From: a virus
Length of the DNA: 48,305 nucleotides
IMG/VR virus record: IMGVR_UViG_3300032157_000017
Span: 1-48,305 of that record
Reading direction: 5' to 3' (one strand)
Part shown: positions 22,470-30,707 of the stretch, piece by piece
Layout of the letters: every line of letters begins with the position of its first letter
How positions within the stretch are numbered: position 1 is the first letter of the stretch
The notes under the pieces: model-generated
What the model saw: the letters and a program-made list of their open reading frames with translations, nothing else
What the model was told of the DNA's origin: nothing
Databases searched by the model: none
Program-made: the position numbers and the translations under genes

Positions 22470-22797
22470 AGAATGTCTCGCGGCCGGGCTCGAAGCAAAC
22501 GCTCTACCGGGCTGGGATCTGACGAGGGACTACTCTTTCGACAGATCCCGGCGCTGGACGTTCGACTTTGCGTTCCCGAGCCAGAAGCTGGCGCTCGAAG
22601 TCGACGGCCGCTACCACCGGACGTTCAAGGGGCAGAGGAACGACAGCGAGAAGTTCAACGAAGCGACACGGCAGGGGTGGCGGATGCTCCGGCTCCCCGC
22701 CGACCGGGTCTCGCCAAAACGAGCGGAGGAGTTCGTGGGGCTGGTGCTCGAGGTCTTGTGCTGTCCCCCGAGCTCAGCGCGCGAATCGAACGAATAG
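22450..22797 (+). CDS. PD-(D/E)XK nuclease of the Vsr/DUF559 type (115 aa)
   Basis: Internal ATG 22450. FDFAFPSQKLALEVDGRYH...ATRQGWRMLRLPA fits the aDF..p...lviEvDG..H ... GW.vlR pattern. Confidence 0.6.
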   Translation: MPRSKAEECLAAGLEANALPGWDLTRDYSFDRSRRWTFDFAFPSQKLALEVDGRYHRTFKGQRNDSEKFNEATRQGWRMLRLPADRVSPKRAEEFVGLVLEVLCCPPSSARESNE

Positions 22798-22901
22798 CGC
22801 GCGCCGAAAAGCTCTCGGTCGAGAGCGTGCTCGCTGATGCCGTCCAGCTCTTCTGGGTGCAGTGGGCAGCGCGGCGCCGCTTGCCGCCAGGCGAGTGGTA
22901 G
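22758..22901 (+). CDS. Possible ribbon-helix-helix-like small protein (47 aa)
   Basis: GTG 22758 (read) within track ORF 22473..22901. LSPELSARIERIARAEKLSVESVLADAVQLF. It overlaps the nuclease 3' end by 40 nt. Confidence 0.35.
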   Translation: MLSPELSARIERIARAEKLSVESVLADAVQLFWVQWAARRRLPPGEW

Positions 22902-23093
22902 TTACGAAGAGGGCGGGCGCCGCAGCGCGACGGTCGGCGCCCGCGAGCGCGCCGCCCTCTCGTCCTTCCGCATGGCGGCGCTGAGCAGCTCGAGCCGCCG
23001 CTTTGCCTTGCGCCGATCGTTGAGCTCGTCGGCGCGGATGGCGACGCCGAGCAGCGCGTCGACCACGCTCCAGATGGCTTTCAGCACGCTCAC
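22902..23093 (-). CDS. Small lysis-associated membrane protein (63 aa); holin or spanin candidate
   Basis: GTG 23093 in a GTGA overlap with the endolysin stop (read). Hydrophobic N-terminus VLKAIWSVVDALLGVAI followed by a highly charged tail. Confidence 0.45.
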   Translation of the reverse strand: MSVLKAIWSVVDALLGVAIRADELNDRRKAKRRLELLSAAMRKDERAARSRAPTVALRRPPSS

Positions 23094-23557
23094 GACTTGA
23101 CCCTCTGGAAGTGCGGTCCGTCGTCGAGCGGCCACTGCTTCTTCCCCCGGATGCGCTGGTAGCGCTCGACGTAGAGCGCGCGCTCGCCCTCGAAGTCGCG
23201 CGGATCGAGCTCGACGAGCTCCATGTCCCAGACCCGACCCCACACGAGACGGACCCCGAGCTGCCCGCTCGCTTCCAGCATCGCGGCGGCGACCTCGTTA
23301 CAGAGCGCGTGCTCCCAGCGCAAGACGCCGTCGACGTACGGCACGAGGTCGACCGCGTCGCCCGTCAGGTGGTAGCTGTCGAGCGTGCGGCTCGCGCCGG
23401 TGGCGAAGAGCTTTCGCTGCCGCTCAAACGAGCGCAGCCCCTCGTGCACCGCGAAGTCGATGTCGGTGAGCAGGATCGCCCGGCGCACGACCGCGACGAG
23501 CGACTCGTGCACCCCCACGAGCGCCGCCTCGCTCTTCTGTCCCAGCCGGAAGCTCAC
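23090..23557 (-). CDS. Endolysin, peptidase M15 (VanY / L-Ala-D-Glu peptidase-like) (155 aa)
   Basis: GTG 23557 in a GTGA overlap (read). SYHLTGDAVDL matches S.H..G.A.D, with downstream His residues (WEH, GPHF). The rest of track ORF 23090..24100 is off-frame-type sequence. Confidence 0.75.
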   Translation of the reverse strand: MSFRLGQKSEAALVGVHESLVAVVRRAILLTDIDFAVHEGLRSFERQRKLFATGASRTLDSYHLTGDAVDLVPYVDGVLRWEHALCNEVAAAMLEASGQLGVRLVWGRVWDMELVELDPRDFEGERALYVERYQRIRGKKQWPLDDGPHFQRVKS

Positions 23558-24036
23558 GGCAGCGCCCCGATGATCGCCTCGACGAGCGCTCGGTACTTCG
23601 GGAACGCCTCGACAACGAGAGGCGCGGCGACGAGGACGAGGCCGAGCAAGCCTCCCCCTCGCGCCACTTTCTGGCCGAGCGACGCCTCGACCTTGTCGAG
23701 CCGCGGCGCGTGGTCGCTCTTCACGAGCGCGAGCAGCGAGTCGAGCCGCGCGTTCGTCTCGTCGCCGGTCGCGCGCTGAAGCGCGAGCTCCTGGTGGAAG
23801 AGCTCGAAGCGGCGGTTCATGGTCTGACCGAAGCCGTCGAGCTGGAGCGCCATCTTTCTCTGCAGGTCGAGGATGTCTCTCGTCGTCTCCGCCGGCGTGC
23901 GCACGAGCTTGCTGAATGGCTCGCGCGGGATTCGCCGCGTCAGCTCCACCGGAGCCACCGGCACCTCCACCACCTCGTGGTCGTCGAGCTCCGACGGGCG
24001 TCGGAAGCGCGGCGGGGGCTTCTGCTCGTCCGTCAT
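23554..24036 (-). CDS. Tail-anchored coiled-coil membrane protein (160 aa); lysis-cassette member (holin or spanin-like)
   Basis: Track ORF with C-terminal helix GGGLLGLVLVAAPLVVEAF. It is the first gene of the endolysin cluster. Confidence 0.55.
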   Translation of the reverse strand: MTDEQKPPPRFRRPSELDDHEVVEVPVAPVELTRRIPREPFSKLVRTPAETTRDILDLQRKMALQLDGFGQTMNRRFELFHQELALQRATGDETNARLDSLLALVKSDHAPRLDKVEASLGQKVARGGGLLGLVLVAAPLVVEAFPKYRALVEAIIGALP

Positions 24037-24355
24037 GCGGCAGATTACCGCACAGGTGAGCAGTGGTCAAAGTTGACGCCGTCACCCCGCGGGCACACAC
24101 TGCTCGGTGTTCGGGTCATCCTTCGATTGGGAACCACCCGCCCGGGGGCAGCCGGGCCCGAGGGCGACGATCGGGTAATCGTTGTCAGGCTGGCGCCTCT
24201 TTTACGCCACATGCGCTGGCCCCCGGCGCGGCCGACGGGGGGTGATCTTCTAACGCCGCGGGACGTCTTGGGATGCTCTCCGCGGCGTGCCTATGTGGGG
24301 CGGTGTCCCGAATGGGGCGTGTTGCACCGACGTGTTGCACGTGGAATCCTAAAGG

Positions 24356-24928
24356 ATGGCGTGGCGTTGGCCGTCCGATCCGATTGTGCTTCTCGAGCGC
24401 GCGTCCGCTCTGGTATTGAGCCTTCCGCTCGCTCTGGCGTGCAACCCCGACGAGGTCCCCCCCCTCCCCGTCGTGCCGCCAGAGCGAGCGATCTATTCCG
24501 AGGGCAACGCCAGCTCCGGGGAATGCTCCGTGGCATTCAGCCCCGACGAGGCACTCCTGCTCTACGTCGAGCAGGCCGCCGAACGCTGGAGCCTCGCCAC
24601 CGGCTGCGATGTGTTCGTCGGCGCAGGCATCCCCGTCGAGCTCGCGCCGAGCATTCTCCGCCCCGACGGCACCGAAGCGCCCGGCATGACGAGCGAAGCT
24701 CGCGACCTCGTCCTCATCAACGCCCAGTCGCGCGAGCTACAGCGCGCCCGCACCGTGCTGCACGAACTCGGGCACGCGCTCGGCGGCGACCACACGCTCA
24801 CGAACGGCGTGCTCAGCGGGCAGAAGGGGCACGGCTACCTCATCGACGCGGCCGCGCTCGACACCGTCTGCTCACGTCTGGCGTGTCGCCTGCTCAGTCC
24901 CGAGGTTCCCGATCACGGAGCGCCGTGA
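24356..24928 (+). CDS. Secreted zinc metalloprotease with a metzincin-type motif; probable lipoprotein (190 aa)
   Basis: HELGHALGGDH matches HExxHxxGxxH. N-terminal signal ...ASALVLSLPLALAC-N is lipobox-like. An alternative GTG start lies about 30 nt in. It is a lone plus-strand gene among minus-strand late genes. Confidence 0.65.
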   Translation: MAWRWPSDPIVLLERASALVLSLPLALACNPDEVPPLPVVPPERAIYSEGNASSGECSVAFSPDEALLLYVEQAAERWSLATGCDVFVGAGIPVELAPSILRPDGTEAPGMTSEARDLVLINAQSRELQRARTVLHELGHALGGDHTLTNGVLSGQKGHGYLIDAAALDTVCSRLACRLLSPEVPDHGAP

Positions 24929-25547
24929 GCACCGAGCGCACGACGTGCCCCGCGCGCAGGCGCGGATCGCACCAGAGCGCGGTCCCTGTGTCGTAGAGAC
25001 GAACGCAGAGCGAGGCGTCGTCGGGGTAGTACTCGGCAGGTTCGAGCGGGGCCCCCCCGAGCTGCCGCAAGAACGGCACGCAGAACGGGCGCCAGCTGAG
25101 CTCGCTCTCTTCGACCACCGTCGGCAGCGTCGCGCCGACGCGCTCGAGGCTCTCGCGGTGGATCGCGCAGAGCCCGAGCCCCCCCGAACGGATCGGGAAG
25201 CTCTGCCCCTCTCGCAGCGCCCGGTCCGCATCGACCGGGTCGATGGGGTTGACGCTCCAGCGGTCGCCCTGCTTGAGTGGGTACATGCCCCACACGGCCT
25301 GATAGGGCGTCACCCCTTCCGCCTCGGCGAGCGCCCGGAGCACTCCGGCGGTCGGCACCACATCCGAGTCGATGAGGATGACGCGCTCGGCCTGGGTGAG
25401 CAAAGCCTGCTCGATGAGCAGGCTCCTCGCGCGTGGCAAGTCGCTGTGCTCGTGGAGCGGTAGCCACGACAGGCCCGCCTCGAGCAGGGCTCTCTCGAGG
25501 CGGTGGTCCACGTGGCTGTAAGCGGGGATGACGACGGCAGCTTTCAT
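24894..25547 (-). CDS. GT-A fold (family-2-like) glycosyltransferase (217 aa; alternative start 25568)
   Basis: MKAAVVIPAY..., DxD-like ILIDSDV, GGLGLCAIHRESLERVG, DDASLCVRLYDTGTALWCDPRLRAGH. Confidence 0.6.
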   Translation of the reverse strand: MKAAVVIPAYSHVDHRLERALLEAGLSWLPLHEHSDLPRARSLLIEQALLTQAERVILIDSDVVPTAGVLRALAEAEGVTPYQAVWGMYPLKQGDRWSVNPIDPVDADRALREGQSFPIRSGGLGLCAIHRESLERVGATLPTVVEESELSWRPFCVPFLRQLGGAPLEPAEYYPDDASLCVRLYDTGTALWCDPRLRAGHVVRSVLTALRDREPRD

Positions 25548-25554
25548 GGCCCCA

Positions 25555-28500
25555 TCATAGATCGACATCGTCCCGGCAGAGCAGGCGCCATCGCGTGCTG
25601 GTCCCGTCGTACCAAGCGAGCGCCATTTCGCCCGGCTTGATGTGGCGGTCGGTGACGAGCCCCGCGAAGCAGTTCGCAGCGCTGGAGCTGCCCGTGGCCT
25701 CGAGCAGAATGACGACGTCGCTCGAGGCGTGCGCGTTCACGAGCAGCACGACCTGCCCGGTCGCAGCCGCGATCATGCCCGTCAGCGGATTGACCGGGCC
25801 AGTGAAGCGCACGACGTTCACAGTGCCGATGTTGAGGTTGTTCGCCGCCGTCGCCGCGCTGGTGAGAACGCTCGTGAACCCGACGCTGCTCTGCAGCCGC
25901 GTCGGGCTGTTCGCGTCGATGGTCGTGCCGGCGGCGAGAACGGTGGAGGTGTTCGCCGTGAGCGTGACCGAGCTGCCGCTGCTCGTTATCCCCACCGCTC
26001 CGCTCACGTTCACCGTGTGGGCCGAGCCCGTGAACGAGTGCGCCCCCGTCCAGGTCACGGCCTCACCGTCGATGATGGCCACGACCTCCGTCGGCGTGAG
26101 CGCCGTCGGCACGCCCGTGCCCGCCCCCTCCGCTCGCCCGAGAACGCGCGATTGGGCAATCGTCGCGAAGTCCGTGAGCGGCACCGGCGCCGTCGCGAGC
26201 TTGCGGTCGACGTTGGTGTCGTCGCGAAAGTACGGGTTCGTCGGCGCGTCGTCCTTGGCAAAGTACTCGGACTGACCCGTCGCCATCGACGTACCCGCCG
26301 CGCGCTCCATCACGCTCAGCGTGTCGCGCACGGGCGTATCGCGCAGCGCCCACGCCGAGACCGGCGTGCTGTAGCCGAGGTCCACGCTGCTATTGGGCGC
26401 GTATAGGGTGAAGTCGAGCGCGCGGGGGTTGATGATCTCGCTGCCCGCCGGAGCCCCCGCGTCGGCGTGCGTGAGCACGACGTGCCGGAGAAAACTCACC
26501 CCGCGCTTGACGAGACGGATGAACCCCCCGGCGTTGCCGCCCGTCTGCGTAATGCTCCGGATGATCACGTTGCCGGTCGCGTTCGGGGTGATCTCCACCC
26601 AGTGCGTGCGCGAATCGAGCGTGAGATCGTAGGTGCCCGGCGCGAGCGTGAACGTCTCGGCGAACTCGAGACGGAGGTTCTCGCCGACCTCCGCGCCCGT
26701 GAGATCGACGGGGTCACCCGTGCCGGCGTCGATCTGCCGCCCCTTCACCGTGCCGGCGGCCATGTTCGCGAGCTTCGCGTTCGAGACCTGGTCGTCGCCG
26801 ATGCCCGCGGTCGCGATGCTCCCGAACCCGAGCGCCGTGCCCGAGCGCCGGAGCACGTCCCCGTCTGAGCCCGCGCCAATGTCGGCGACGTCGCCCGTCG
26901 AGTTCGCGGCGCGACCAATCACCGTGAGCGCCGCGCTCTGGCGGATCTTCGTGTTCGTGACGGCATTGTTCGCGATGCCGCCCGTCGCCACGGTGCCGAA
27001 GCCGAGCACGCTGCCGCTCTCGCGCAGCACCGCATCGCTCGCGGCCGACGCCGAGATGTCTGCCGGATCGCCCGTCGAGTTCGCGCTCCGGCCGATGACC
27101 GACAGCGCCCCGCTGTTGCGCAGCAGCGTGTTCGAGATGCTGTCGGCGATGACGTTCGGGGTCACCGTGACTTCGTCGTTCGCCGAGACATCCGCGTTCG
27201 TCCACGCGACGCTCGTGCCGTCGACGAAGTTGATGCGGCTACGGGAAGCGCCGAGCCCGGAGGAGTTCGTCCGGTAGTACGCCTTCGTCCCGCCATCGGT
27301 GAACCAGAAGTTGCCCGTCACCCCGTGGACCAGGATGACGCCATCACCCGGGTAGAGCCGCAGCGTCGCGCCCTTCGGGGTCACGATGCGGTTACCGCCC
27401 GTCGAGACGCTGAAGTGTATGATGTCGACGACGATGCCCGAACCGATAGCTGCGCCGTTGGCCACGAACACCCGCCGTCCCGTACTCGCGCTGAGCTGCA
27501 CCATGCCGCTCAAGGTGGCGTTCGCCGTAATGCTCAAGCTGTCGGCGAGCGGATCGAGCGCGTAGTCGGTGAGCGTGCCGCCCGTCGCTTCGACCTGTCG
27601 GTTGGAGAAGCGGATGATCTCGGCAATCTCCGCGCCCGTGAGATCCACCGGCACCCCCGTGCCGGCGTCGATCTGCCGGCCCTTCACCGTGCCCGCCGCC
27701 ATGTTCGCGAGCCCCGCGTTCGCCACGGTGCCGAAGCCGAGCACGCTGCCGCTCTCACGCAGCACGGCGCCCGACGCGGCCACGGCGCTGATGTCCGCCG
27801 GATCGCCCGTCGAGTTCGCGCTCCGGCCGATGACCGACAGCGCCCCGCTGTTGCGCAGCAGCGTGTTCGAGATGCTGTCGGCGATGACGTTCGACGTGAT
27901 GGTCACCTCGTCGGAGGCGGCCACGTCGGCGTTGCTCCACGCAACACTCGTCCCGTCGACGAAGTTCACCCGCGAGCGCGACACGCCGAGCCCGGAAGAG
28001 TTCGTGCGATAGAGCGACTTGGTCGCCTCGAGCGAGCACCACGTCGTGCCCACCGTCCCGTACAAGAACTCGATAGAGTCGCCCGGGTAGAGGCGCAGCG
28101 CGGTCGCCTTCGGCAGGAGGAACCGGTTGATGCTGCTGCTCAGCGCCGAGAACTGGAGCAGGTCGACCGTGACGCCTGACCCCGCCGCCGCGCCGTTGCT
28201 GATGACGAGCCGCCGCCCCGAGCTCCCGTTCGTAATGCCGCTGATGACGGTCGTCGCCGTGAAGTTCAGGACGTCTACCAGGGAGCTCAATACATAGTTG
28301 TTGAGCGTGCCCCCGACCGCGTCGGTCGAGACGTTGCTGAAGCGGATGATCTCGGCGACCTCGCTGCCGATGAGATCGACGGGGTCACCGGTGCCGGCGT
28401 CGATCTGCCGGCCTTTCACGGTGCCCGCAGGCATGTCGGCGAGCTGCGCGTTCGTCACCGCGTTGAGGACGATGCTCGTGACGTTGCTGTTCTGCGCCGC

Positions 28501-29499
28501 CTGGACGTCGCCCGTCAGCGCCTCACGGATGAAGGTCTTGCCCGTGTTCTCGAAGATGACCGAGTTGCTGCTCAGCAGCCCGAACGACGTATAGATGGGG
28601 CGCGCCGTCGCCCCCGACACGTTCCCGACGAAACGCCCGTCGGAGATCTCCGGCATGTCGACGAGCGTCCAGTTACGCCATTGGATGGCGAGGCGCGTGC
28701 TCGCGACCCGCAGGAACACGCTCTCGCCCGGGAACGTCCCGGTCCCCGGCACGTTGATGCCGGCGACGTTCGTGCCGAGCACGCCCGCTCGCCCGAGCAC
28801 CGAGAGGTCATTGAGCGCGATCGCGACCGGCGCGGCCGTCGAGCTCGTCGGGTTACCGAGCACGCTCTGCGCAGTGATGGGCGTGAGGCTACCGGGCGGC
28901 ACCGTCGTGCCCGTGCTCGCGACCCCCGGGATGAACCCCATCACGATGCCGCCGCCGTCGACGAACGGGTCGTCGGTGCTCGACTCGATGGGCGTCACAC
29001 CAAGGTCCCAGTAGGTGCCCTGGTCGGTCATCGAATTGAGGTCGAATCGGATGAAGCGCGCAGGGTTCACCGCGTCGGAGAGCGTCACGACACCGAGCGG
29101 CGTCGTCGACCCGCCCGACATCACCTCGAGCCACGGGCGCGCATCCCCGAGTCGCGCGTTCGTCTCGCTCACGCGCACCGTCGTCGCCGTGTTCTGCGGC
29201 GTCGCGTCGAGTCGCACGAACCCCGTCGTCGGATCGGCGTTCGCCGTGTTCGTCGAGAAGTAGTACTGGAGCGGGTTCGCGCTCGGCGCGTTGTCGACGA
29301 CCGGCAGGTAGACGTCATTGAGCCGATCGCGGGTGCTCCGCACCGCCGGCACGAGCTCCCGATTGATGTAGTCGAGCAGGTTCGGCAGCGTCGGGTTGCC
29401 GCTGAACGGCCGCAGCGCACGGGCCACTCCCGTGCGCTGGTTCTGGTAGCCCGCCTGGCGCTGCTCCTCGGTGAGCTGCCGGTCGTCGCAATCCGCCAT
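25555..29499 (-). CDS. Tail fibre / receptor-binding protein with internal tandem duplications (1314 aa)
   Basis: Track ORF and the largest gene, at the end of the virion module. Repeated modules GTVKGRQIDAGTG.PVDL.G.E (x3) and ALSVIGRSANSTGDPADIS...VLRESGSVLGFG (x3). Confidence 0.75.
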   Translation of the reverse strand: MADCDDRQLTEEQRQAGYQNQRTGVARALRPFSGNPTLPNLLDYINRELVPAVRSTRDRLNDVYLPVVDNAPSANPLQYYFSTNTANADPTTGFVRLDATPQNTATTVRVSETNARLGDARPWLEVMSGGSTTPLGVVTLSDAVNPARFIRFDLNSMTDQGTYWDLGVTPIESSTDDPFVDGGGIVMGFIPGVASTGTTVPPGSLTPITAQSVLGNPTSSTAAPVAIALNDLSVLGRAGVLGTNVAGINVPGTGTFPGESVFLRVASTRLAIQWRNWTLVDMPEISDGRFVGNVSGATARPIYTSFGLLSSNSVIFENTGKTFIREALTGDVQAAQNSNVTSIVLNAVTNAQLADMPAGTVKGRQIDAGTGDPVDLIGSEVAEIIRFSNVSTDAVGGTLNNYVLSSLVDVLNFTATTVISGITNGSSGRRLVISNGAAAGSGVTVDLLQFSALSSSINRFLLPKATALRLYPGDSIEFLYGTVGTTWCSLEATKSLYRTNSSGLGVSRSRVNFVDGTSVAWSNADVAASDEVTITSNVIADSISNTLLRNSGALSVIGRSANSTGDPADISAVAASGAVLRESGSVLGFGTVANAGLANMAAGTVKGRQIDAGTGVPVDLTGAEIAEIIRFSNRQVEATGGTLTDYALDPLADSLSITANATLSGMVQLSASTGRRVFVANGAAIGSGIVVDIIHFSVSTGGNRIVTPKGATLRLYPGDGVILVHGVTGNFWFTDGGTKAYYRTNSSGLGASRSRINFVDGTSVAWTNADVSANDEVTVTPNVIADSISNTLLRNSGALSVIGRSANSTGDPADISASAASDAVLRESGSVLGFGTVATGGIANNAVTNTKIRQSAALTVIGRAANSTGDVADIGAGSDGDVLRRSGTALGFGSIATAGIGDDQVSNAKLANMAAGTVKGRQIDAGTGDPVDLTGAEVGENLRLEFAETFTLAPGTYDLTLDSRTHWVEITPNATGNVIIRSITQTGGNAGGFIRLVKRGVSFLRHVVLTHADAGAPAGSEIINPRALDFTLYAPNSSVDLGYSTPVSAWALRDTPVRDTLSVMERAAGTSMATGQSEYFAKDDAPTNPYFRDDTNVDRKLATAPVPLTDFATIAQSRVLGRAEGAGTGVPTALTPTEVVAIIDGEAVTWTGAHSFTGSAHTVNVSGAVGITSSGSSVTLTANTSTVLAAGTTIDANSPTRLQSSVGFTSVLTSAATAANNLNIGTVNVVRFTGPVNPLTGMIAAATGQVVLLVNAHASSDVVILLEATGSSSAANCFAGLVTDRHIKPGEMALAWYDGTSTRWRLLCRDDVDL

Positions 29500-29846
29500 C
29501 AGCTACTCGGCGGATCTACCGTCGCGCTCTCCGCATGCCGCACGAAGAGCGTCTGCTGGACGGAGTCGAAGATGGTCCCCGTCCCGAGCCAGAACCCCGT
29601 CACGCGCTCGGGCTTGCGCGCGACGTAGTCGAGGTCGTAATTGCCCGCGCTATTCCTCACGATGGGGTTCATCCCCACCGGGTAGTGGGTGCCCGCGACG
29701 GGCGAGACGTTGTACGTCCATTCGAGCTCCGTCCCGTCGACGTGCTCGCGCGCGTAGAACTTCACGACGCCGGGGTCGGCGGCGACGCCCAAGTCATTGG
29801 GGAAGACATGGGCGAACGTGTAGAGCGTACCGAGTGCGATGCTCAT
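29499..29846 (-). CDS. Virion-module protein (115 aa), function unknown
   Basis: Track ORF with natural composition. Its stop overlaps the fibre start. Confidence 0.65.
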   Translation of the reverse strand: MSIALGTLYTFAHVFPNDLGVAADPGVVKFYAREHVDGTELEWTYNVSPVAGTHYPVGMNPIVRNSAGNYDLDYVARKPERVTGFWLGTGTIFDSVQQTLFVRHAESATVDPPSS

Positions 29847-30256
29847 TGTAGCGTGAGGCTCGCCTCCACCGAGAGCTCGCCACCGGCGGCCATCCGGAGC
29901 ACGAGCGAGTTCAGAGTCTGCGTCGCCGCCGCCGTCACCGTGAGACTCGGTGTCTCGATGTCGGCGCCGCTCCCGATGGCGCCAACCGAGCCGCTCGCCG
30001 CGACGTCGCCGTTCTGGTTCGTGATGACGAAGCGGTTGGCTGCGCCGGCGACTTCCGTCCCTGTCGAGCCGATGGGGGTGGACGCCGCAACGATGCTGTC
30101 GAGGTTGGCCGCGCCGAACGGAGTCGCGGCGAGCGGAAAGACAGCGAGCGAAGTGTTCGTCTGGTAGAGCGTGAAGTTCGCCGTGCCCGAGCCGATCTCC
30201 AGGTAGTCCTCGAACCCGTCGAGCATCGCCGCGCGTGCGCCGAGTGAGAGCGTCAT
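29843..30256 (-). CDS. Virion-module protein (137 aa), function unknown
   Basis: Internal ATG 30256 (ATGA overlap) of track ORF 29843..30586. MTLSLGARAAMLDGFEDYLEIGSGTANFTLYQTN... Confidence 0.6.
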   Translation of the reverse strand: MTLSLGARAAMLDGFEDYLEIGSGTANFTLYQTNTSLAVFPLAATPFGAANLDSIVAASTPIGSTGTEVAGAANRFVITNQNGDVAASGSVGAIGSGADIETPSLTVTAAATQTLNSLVLRMAAGGELSVEASLTLQ

Positions 30257-30705
30257 GGCGCGTCTACCGCTACCTCGGCCGCGATGGCGGTGTCGTTGTG
30301 GAGGGTGTCGGCGTTCGAGACCTTGCTCGTTGGCTTGCAGTCGTGCAGCGCCATGTTGATGCTGAACACGGTGGCGACCTCGGTAGCGGCGGTGACCGTG
30401 AAAATGAACCGCACATCCTTGTACATCCCGACGTAGACCTCGTCGTCGTAGACGACGTCGTCGTCGAGCGTGCCGGACGTGTAGAACGTGGTCCACGTCG
30501 AGCCCTTGTTGTCGGAGTATTGGCCGAGGATCGTGCCCGTGATGCTGCCGGCGGCGCCGTCGAAGAGCAGCGAGTATTGGAACCACTGCTGGTCGAGCAG
30601 GTGGAAGCTGCCGCCCGGAGGGAACGACAGCGCCGAATTGAAGAGCGTGACTGGCGTGTTCACCAGCGGCAACGCCGTGTCCATGTACTTGATGACGGTC
30701 TGCAT
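30253..30705 (-). CDS. Virion-module protein (150 aa), beta-rich
   Basis: Track ORF with natural composition. Confidence 0.65.
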   Translation of the reverse strand: MQTVIKYMDTALPLVNTPVTLFNSALSFPPGGSFHLLDQQWFQYSLLFDGAAGSITGTILGQYSDNKGSTWTTFYTSGTLDDDVVYDDEVYVGMYKDVRFIFTVTAATEVATVFSINMALHDCKPTSKVSNADTLHNDTAIAAEVAVDAP

Positions 30706-30707
30706 CG

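Noticed and set aside
23710-24996. 428-aa plus-strand ORF spanning the lysis genes and the zincin region
   Set aside because: It is R/P/A-rich off-frame sequence. It conflicts with the M15 endolysin cluster and with the motif-bearing zincin frame (24356..24928).
26900-28440. Could the tail-fibre repeats be a diversity-generating retroelement (TR/VR pair)?
   Set aside because: There is no reverse transcriptase anywhere in the genome. The best-conserved 97-bp stretch is identical rather than differing at adenines, and both copies are in frame within the same gene, which indicates a tandem duplication.
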